From: an uncultured Methanosarcinales archaeon
GTDB lineage: Archaea; Nanobdellota; Nanobdellia; Woesearchaeales; CAZXZL01
NCBI GenBank assembly: GCA_964645415.1
Contig: CAZXZL010000003.1
Span: forward strand, 4,124 to 42,609
Reading direction: 5' to 3'
DNA: 38,486 nucleotides
Under the pieces are notes generated by a model that saw nothing but the letters and a program-made list of their open reading frames with translations, had not been told where the DNA came from and searched no databases. Made by a program: the position numbers and the translations under genes. Below are positions 34,164-38,486 of the stretch, one piece after another (position 1 is the first letter of the stretch; each line of letters begins with the position of its first letter).

Positions 34164-35084
34164 TTATTTCAAGAAATTCATTGTTGTTTTTGTAATTTTT
34201 TTCTTTTCTTTTAATTTAGATATATCTCTTCTTAATTTTGAACTATTTTCCATTCCTTTTGAAAAACTCATTAATATTCTTTTATAGACTGATGATTTGA
34301 ATTGCCTTTTAATTATCTCATTATTGTTTTTATAGTAGTTCTCCATTGATTTCCAAAGTTTAATAAAATCTAAAAACATTTCTTTTTTATTTTTATAATT
34401 TGAATCAACATCAGGGTTTTTTAAAGCATATCTCCCTACCATAATCTCTTCAAAACCTTTTGATTTATGATTAATATTTTTATAATTGAGATCACCATTA
34501 CCAACAAATGTTATTTCTCTATATTTTTCTTTTATTTCTTTTAATCTTTTCCAATTTGCTTTTCCAGAATATCCTTGTTTTTTTGTTCTCCCATGTATAA
34601 TAACTAAATTAACTATATCTTTTACTTCTTTTAATATTTCATCTGAATTATCTTTCTCAAATCCTAACCTTATTTTTATATTTATAGGGATATGTGTAAT
34701 TTTATTTAATTTCAAGATATATTCTTTAATTTTATTTGGATACTTTAACATATAACTTCCCTCTTTATTCCCTACAACTCTTTTTGATGGACATCCAAAG
34801 TTAAGATTTATGAAATCACAGTTTTTATTAATATAATTTAATTCTTTGTCATTTTTAGATAAATATGATATTAGTTTGTCTATTTTTCCTATTAATTGAA
34901 TCCCATACTCACCTTTTTTATTTAGGAAAATATTTGGTTCATGAATCCCTTTAAATGATATTTCATGTGGATGACACATTTCAGAAATAGTTACATCATA
35001 TCCTAAATTTTTTGCAAATGTTCTAAATACTACATTTGTAAACTCATCAATTGGTGCAAGCCAGATTTTTTTTATATGTGACAT
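34164..35084 (-). CDS. tRNA-dihydrouridine synthase (Dus family)
   Basis: WLAPIDEFTN, FINLNFGCP and VIIHGRT motifs are present. I moved the start from the track's 35138 to ATG 35084 (MSHIKKIWLAP), because 35101-35138 belongs to the RNase P RNA. Confidence 0.8.
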   Translation of the reverse strand: MSHIKKIWLAPIDEFTNVVFRTFAKNLGYDVTISEMCHPHEISFKGIHEPNIFLNKKGEYGIQLIGKIDKLISYLSKNDKELNYINKNCDFINLNFGCPSKRVVGNKEGSYMLKYPNKIKEYILKLNKITHIPINIKIRLGFEKDNSDEILKEVKDIVNLVIIHGRTKKQGYSGKANWKRLKEIKEKYREITFVGNGDLNYKNINHKSKGFEEIMVGRYALKNPDVDSNYKNKKEMFLDFIKLWKSMENYYKNNNEIIKRQFKSSVYKRILMSFSKGMENSSKLRRDISKLKEKKKITKTTMNFLK

Positions 35085-35100
35085 TTTTATAATAAAATTA

Positions 35101-35340
35101 GATGGTAGATATAAGCCTCCTTCTGTATTAACTGGCATTTATCTACGCACTTACGTTTTCACAGGTAGGGATTCACTACGTTTCATTCAAATTATAATAT
35201 GTCATCTTTGCAGAATCATTCTAATATTATAATTTGATTCGTTTCTGTGTAAACCCAAAGCTATTAACTTTACACCTTGCGATGCCTACTCATCTGTGGG
35301 AGGACTTTCCTCATTATTATGTTGGCCAGCATCTACCATC
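35101..35340 (-). ncRNA. rnpB: RNase P RNA (compact, ~240 nt)
   Basis: On the minus strand, P1 is GAUGGUAGAU/AUCUACCAUC, a perfect 10 bp closing the molecule. P2 is GCUGGC/GCCAGU. CR-I is GAGGAAAGUCCUCC. CR-V is ACAGAAGGAGGCUUAU, which forms P4 (AAG-U-CCUCC/GGAGGCUU) with the canonical bulged U. GUGAAAACGUAAGUGCG resembles the conserved CR-II/CR-III specificity-domain motifs. The region is GC-enriched relative to its flanks. Confidence 0.85.
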
Positions 35341-35463
35341 TAAATATTGAACTAATTACTTATTTATCTAATTTATCCTATTTTTCTTTAAATAATTAAG
35401 TTATTTATAAAAAAGACTACATATTATCAAAAAAAATAAATAAGATGATTTAGAATTAATATT

Positions 35464-36648
35464 ATGAGCTCGCGAAAAAAAATTCTAATCGCAACTGACA
35501 ATTTTTTTCCTAGATGGGATGGTATTGTTCGTTTTCTTTATGAAATTGTTCCATATATAAAAAAATTCTATGATATTACAATATTAGCTCCTGATTTTAC
35601 AGATGATTTTTTTACAAATGATGAAGAAATGTCTATGTTTAAAAAAAGGTTTAAAGGTGTTAAAATAGTTTATTTTGATACTTCTAGTTTTTATGTTAAT
35701 GATTTTTCTTTTGCAAAAATAAATAAATCTACTATGAGAAGTTACATTAAAGATTCTGATGTTGTTTGGACTCATGCACTTGGTTCAATTGGATCAAATG
35801 CTATTGAAATTGCAAATGAAGAAGGTATTACAAATATTCATTACACACATTCTTTTACTTGGGAGTTAGTAGATTCTGTTTTAGATTTTCCTGTTGTCAA
35901 ACAAATTACTTCTTATATTACTAAATATTATGTTTTTAAAAAATATAAACTTCTTGATAAAATAATTGTTCCATATAAAGATATGATCGAAACTTTTAAA
36001 GATCTTGGAGTAAAATCTTCTTATGAAGTTATACCATTAGGAGTTAATACTAATGTTTTTAGAAGTAAGGGAAATATTGCAAAAAATGCTCTTAATATTA
36101 AAGGTCCTTCTATAGGATATTGTGGAAGGCTTGCTAAAGAAAAAAATATTGATATTGTCTATAAAACTTTTAAAAAATTAAAAAAAGAAATAGATGATTT
36201 ATCTTTAGTCATTTTAGGAAGTGGTTTAAGTAAATATGAAAAATTATTTAGTAATGATAATGATGTGAAATATATTAAGTCTACTATATTTCCACAAATG
36301 GTTTATCGAGCAATGGATGTATTTTTATTACCTTCTTATACTGAAACAACTTCTCTTACTACTTTAGAAGCTATGTCGACAAAGTCAGTTCCAATTGTTT
36401 CAAATGTTGGTTATCTTGGAAACTATGTTGAATCTGATTATAATGGATATATTCTTGATATCTCAAATAAATCTTTTAATGAATCTGTTGATCTTTTTTA
36501 TGACCGTGCAAAATTAGTTTTAAAAAATGAGTCTTTAAGAAAAAGACTCTCAAGAAATGCAAGAAAAACTGTAAAACTAAACTTTAATCTTGATAAAACA
36601 AAGATAGAAATAAATAATTTATTGAAAAGATGTTTAAATGATAATTAG
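35464..36648 (+). CDS. Glycosyltransferase, GT4 family (GT-B fold)
   Basis: 394 aa. GRLAKEKNIDIV, FLLPSYTETTSLTTLEAMSTKSVPIVSNVG (the E-x7-E region) and an N-terminal ILIATDNFFPRWDGI are present. Confidence 0.8.
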   Translation: MSSRKKILIATDNFFPRWDGIVRFLYEIVPYIKKFYDITILAPDFTDDFFTNDEEMSMFKKRFKGVKIVYFDTSSFYVNDFSFAKINKSTMRSYIKDSDVVWTHALGSIGSNAIEIANEEGITNIHYTHSFTWELVDSVLDFPVVKQITSYITKYYVFKKYKLLDKIIVPYKDMIETFKDLGVKSSYEVIPLGVNTNVFRSKGNIAKNALNIKGPSIGYCGRLAKEKNIDIVYKTFKKLKKEIDDLSLVILGSGLSKYEKLFSNDNDVKYIKSTIFPQMVYRAMDVFLLPSYTETTSLTTLEAMSTKSVPIVSNVGYLGNYVESDYNGYILDISNKSFNESVDLFYDRAKLVLKNESLRKRLSRNARKTVKLNFNLDKTKIEINNLLKRCLNDN

Positions 36649-37313
36649 TATATTAAAACAAATTCTTCAGCAAATAAATAATTGTTAGCCCATCCTGCAA
36701 ACTTTGATCTTATAAGAACGATTGGTGTAAGCTGGTAAATTGATATTTTTTGAGATTTAAATTGTTTTAATGCTTTAATTTTATCTCCAATATATTTGCT
36801 TATATCAAAATAAATCTTTATTTCATCCTTTAATTTTAGTGGTAAAATATTCCATACTTGAAAACCATAAACATTACCTTCAAAATTAATTTCTTTTACA
36901 GATTCTAGTGTTAATCTGTTTAAATATTTATGCATCGAATGTGGATCACTTTCTAAGTGTGTAAATATTCTATCTGGATTTTTTCTTTTAATTATTTCTT
37001 TTATTTTTCCTTTTAATTCTTCATCAAATTCCTTTGTATTCATATTATCAGTTATCTCTTTTTCATAATAATCCATGAATTTTACTTCTCCCCCAAGAAT
37101 ATCTGATGCTTTTCTTGATTCCTCAACTCTTTTAGTTTTTATTACATCTTTTTTTATCCAAGGATTTCCTAATTCACCATAAGTTAATATATATGATTCT
37201 ATTCCTTGACCTTCTGAATTAAATTTTGCAATAATCCCTCCACAACCTAATATTTCATCATCAGGATGAGCTGATATTATCAAATTTTTTATTTTTTTAG
37301 CCATTTTTATCAA
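36645..37313 (-). CDS. PIG-L/LmbE-family N-acetylglucosaminyl deacetylase
   Basis: The signature LIISAHPDDEILGCGG is present, with a downstream H..H region. Its stop codon overlaps the convergent GT4 stop (36645-36648). Confidence 0.85.
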   Translation of the reverse strand: MIKMAKKIKNLIISAHPDDEILGCGGIIAKFNSEGQGIESYILTYGELGNPWIKKDVIKTKRVEESRKASDILGGEVKFMDYYEKEITDNMNTKEFDEELKGKIKEIIKRKNPDRIFTHLESDPHSMHKYLNRLTLESVKEINFEGNVYGFQVWNILPLKLKDEIKIYFDISKYIGDKIKALKQFKSQKISIYQLTPIVLIRSKFAGWANNYLFAEEFVLIY

Positions 37314-37364
37314 AATATTTATATAATATTGTTGTTATTTATTACTATTGAGTAGTATGGGTTT

Positions 37365-37371
37365 GAGGTGA
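37365..37371 (+). promoter_or_regulatory. Shine-Dalgarno site (GAGGTGA)
   Basis: It lies 5 nt upstream of ATG 37377. The track ORF start at 37368 is a GTG inside this motif. Confidence 0.55.
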
Positions 37372-37376
37372 CACTA

Positions 37377-38072
37377 ATGAAATTTAAAAAAAATTTTAAA
37401 AATATATTATTACCATTATTATTTACCCTTTTAATAGTTTTCGAATTTGTTTCATCAATGGGGTTATTAGATGGAGAAATGATGTTTGTTCAACTTTTTT
37501 TAAACTTTAACTATCTAATTTTATTTGGAGTATTTCTATTAGTTTATACACAGATAAAGAGTCTTTCTAAGTATCCTTTATATTTTATCTTTTTTGGAGC
37601 TATAATAAATTCTATCTATCTTTATAATAGTTTAGGTGTTTATTCAATCTTGATTATAATTACTTCAGTATTGGGTATTTATGTAACATCAAGTTTATTT
37701 AGACCTAGTAGAAAGTTAAAAAAAGGAATTAGTAAAGTAGAATTATTAAAAAGAGAACTAAAAGATAAATTAGATCAAGATGTTGAAATTTACCATGGCT
37801 CTGAAAGGATTTCTAATAAAGATCTTGAGATTTATCATGATGAAAATGGTGAACCTAAAATTAGGCCATCAAAAAAATCAGTTGAAGAAATTGATATTAA
37901 CACTGCATCTGTTAGTGAATTACAAGAAATTAAATTTATTGGTAAGTCAAGAGCAGAAGAGATTATTAGAAAAAGACCATTTTCAAGTATTGATGAATTA
38001 ATTAATGTTTCAGGGATTACAAAAAATCGTTTAAAACAGATTAAAAAAGAAGGTAAAGCTTATTTAAGTTAA
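37377..38072 (+). CDS. Membrane-anchored ComEA-like helix-hairpin-helix DNA-binding protein
   Basis: The N-terminal part has about four TM segments. The C-terminus, IDINTASVSELQEIKFIGKSRAEEIIRKRPFSSIDELINVSGITKNRLKQIK, matches the ComEA tandem HhH pattern (NtAs..L..l.GIG...A..Ii..R.F.s...L..V.GI....l..i). Confidence 0.75.
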   Translation: MKFKKNFKNILLPLLFTLLIVFEFVSSMGLLDGEMMFVQLFLNFNYLILFGVFLLVYTQIKSLSKYPLYFIFFGAIINSIYLYNSLGVYSILIIITSVLGIYVTSSLFRPSRKLKKGISKVELLKRELKDKLDQDVEIYHGSERISNKDLEIYHDENGEPKIRPSKKSVEEIDINTASVSELQEIKFIGKSRAEEIIRKRPFSSIDELINVSGITKNRLKQIKKEGKAYLS

Positions 38073-38178
38073 TTTTTAAAGTTTGATTCATTCAAGAGGG
38101 TATTACCTTCAAATTTTATCTTTTTTTATTTTTATCTTTATTTTAGTTTAATTTTTATCTTAAAAATCTATATCCATT

Positions 38179-38342
38179 GCTTATCTTCTTCGAAGTTAGT
38201 CCATCAAAATCATCTAAAAAAAAGAAATAGGAGCTTATAAAAACAAAAATAGAAACAAATAGAATAATATGAGAACTAACGTGCTACAGGTAGTATAGTA
38301 CCATCCTGGTCAATTTATTAAACTAAAGTTTAGAACTTGTTA
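38179..38342 (-). repeat. Intergenic repeat family, copy C (inverted)
   Basis: The reverse complement reads ..ttgaccaggatggtactatactacctgtagcacgttagttctc..ttctatttgtttc..ttttttagatgattttgat..tcgaagaagataagc. The 26-nt core (38281-38306) is identical to copy A, and the flanks are similar to copies A and B. Confidence 0.75.
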
Positions 38343-38486
38343 AATTAAAAATTTAAAAGCATATAAAATCAGAGATTACTAAACTAAAGTTTAGAAGTGT
38401 GTAATATAAAATTACAAACTTTTAAGGGTTATTTAATCAGAGATTAAAAACTTACTAAACTAAAGTTTAGAACTTGTTAAATTAAA
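38316..38486. repeat. Iteron-like array of three boxes, tta(t/c)taaactaaagtttagaa, truncated by the window end
   Basis: Box cores (aaactaaagtttagaa) start at 38320, 38381 and 38457, giving spacings of 61 and 76 nt. Boxes 1 and 3 share about 33-35 nt (..actaaagtttagaacttgttaaattaaa). An aatcagagatta motif precedes boxes 2 and 3. The box contains the dyad CTAAA-g-TTTAG. Confidence 0.6.

Noticed and set aside
35085-35138. The N-terminal 18-codon extension of the Dus ORF (MPVNTEGGLYLPSNFIIK).
   Set aside because: It overlaps the 3' strand of the RNase P RNA (P1/P4/CR-V), and the conserved Dus sequence begins at the internal Met (35084).
432-38001. Short ORFs from the six-frame track that lie antisense to, or out of frame within, longer well-supported genes: 432-650, 803-991, 1655-1840, 3251-3436, 10473-10661, 18545-18739, 18638-18964, 19419-19658, 20660-20860, 23528-23725, 24725-24913, 26765-26962, 29881-30084, 33030-33242, 34486-34755, 35584-35775 and 37780-38001.
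   Set aside because: All are embedded in longer ORFs that have recognisable motifs or operon logic. Their products are low-complexity and typical of AT-rich alternative frames, and none has its own Shine-Dalgarno site or context support.
38316-38486. The terminal repeat array considered as a CRISPR array.
   Set aside because: The repeats are imperfect; box 2 diverges after about 21 nt. The spacings are unequal (61 and 76 nt), and the spacer regions share motifs with each other. No cas genes are in the window. This cannot be fully excluded, because the array is cut by the window end.
1-38486. A scan for known defence or mobile systems: restriction-modification, toxin-antitoxin pairs, Cas, Argonaute, retrons, transposases and integrases.
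   Set aside because: I recognised no hallmark motifs of any of these. The GIY-YIG protein is the small stand-alone UPF0213 type, and Hjc is a housekeeping resolvase.

Overview
This is an AT-rich archaeal window, roughly 25-30% G+C by eye (not computed), and most genes sit on the plus strand. The archaeal assignment rests on motif-level recognition of Hjc resolvase, Pth2, an RPA-like ssDNA-binding protein, Taw3/TYW3, an archaeal-style RNase P RNA, class III (type IV pilin-like) signal peptides, and GGTGA-type Shine-Dalgarno sites. The tight packing and the many orphan surface proteins suggest a small-genome, DPANN-like lineage, but that is inference only. All family calls come from motifs I recognise by eye; no searches were run.

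Layout:
- 1-2.5 kb: a secreted Kazal-domain protein, a GIY-YIG protein, tRNA-Arg and a TraB-like protein.
- 2.6-7.2 kb: a type IV pilus or archaellum-type motor pair, made of an unusually long FlaI/PilB-like ATPase and a FlaJ/TadC-like platform protein.
- 7.2-12.6 kb: a SpoIIM-like membrane protein, Pth2, a rhomboid protease, three paralogous membrane proteins, two coiled-coil proteins, Hjc and tRNA-Ser.
- 13.1-25.6 kb: a ten-gene operon headed by a 2,053-aa highly acidic giant protein, followed by pilin-like and orphan surface proteins.
- 25.6-27.1 kb: a minus-strand pair encoding RPA and a small membrane protein.
- 27.6-29.0 kb: tRNA-Leu, a membrane protein and Taw3.
- 29.0-32.7 kb: a second pilin operon that ends in four tandem Cys4 mini-pilins.
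- 32.7-38.1 kb: housekeeping and envelope genes (TM-helix-repeat channel-like protein, DUF302, Dus, RNase P RNA, GT4, PIG-L deacetylase, ComEA-like HhH protein).

A roughly 200-nt intergenic repeat family occurs three times, and a truncated iteron-like array sits at the right edge of the window.

The best candidate for an undescribed system is the distributed pilus and surface-apparatus locus: the motor pair, the giant-protein operon and the mini-pilin operon. I found no CRISPR array, transposase, integrase or recognisable defence system.
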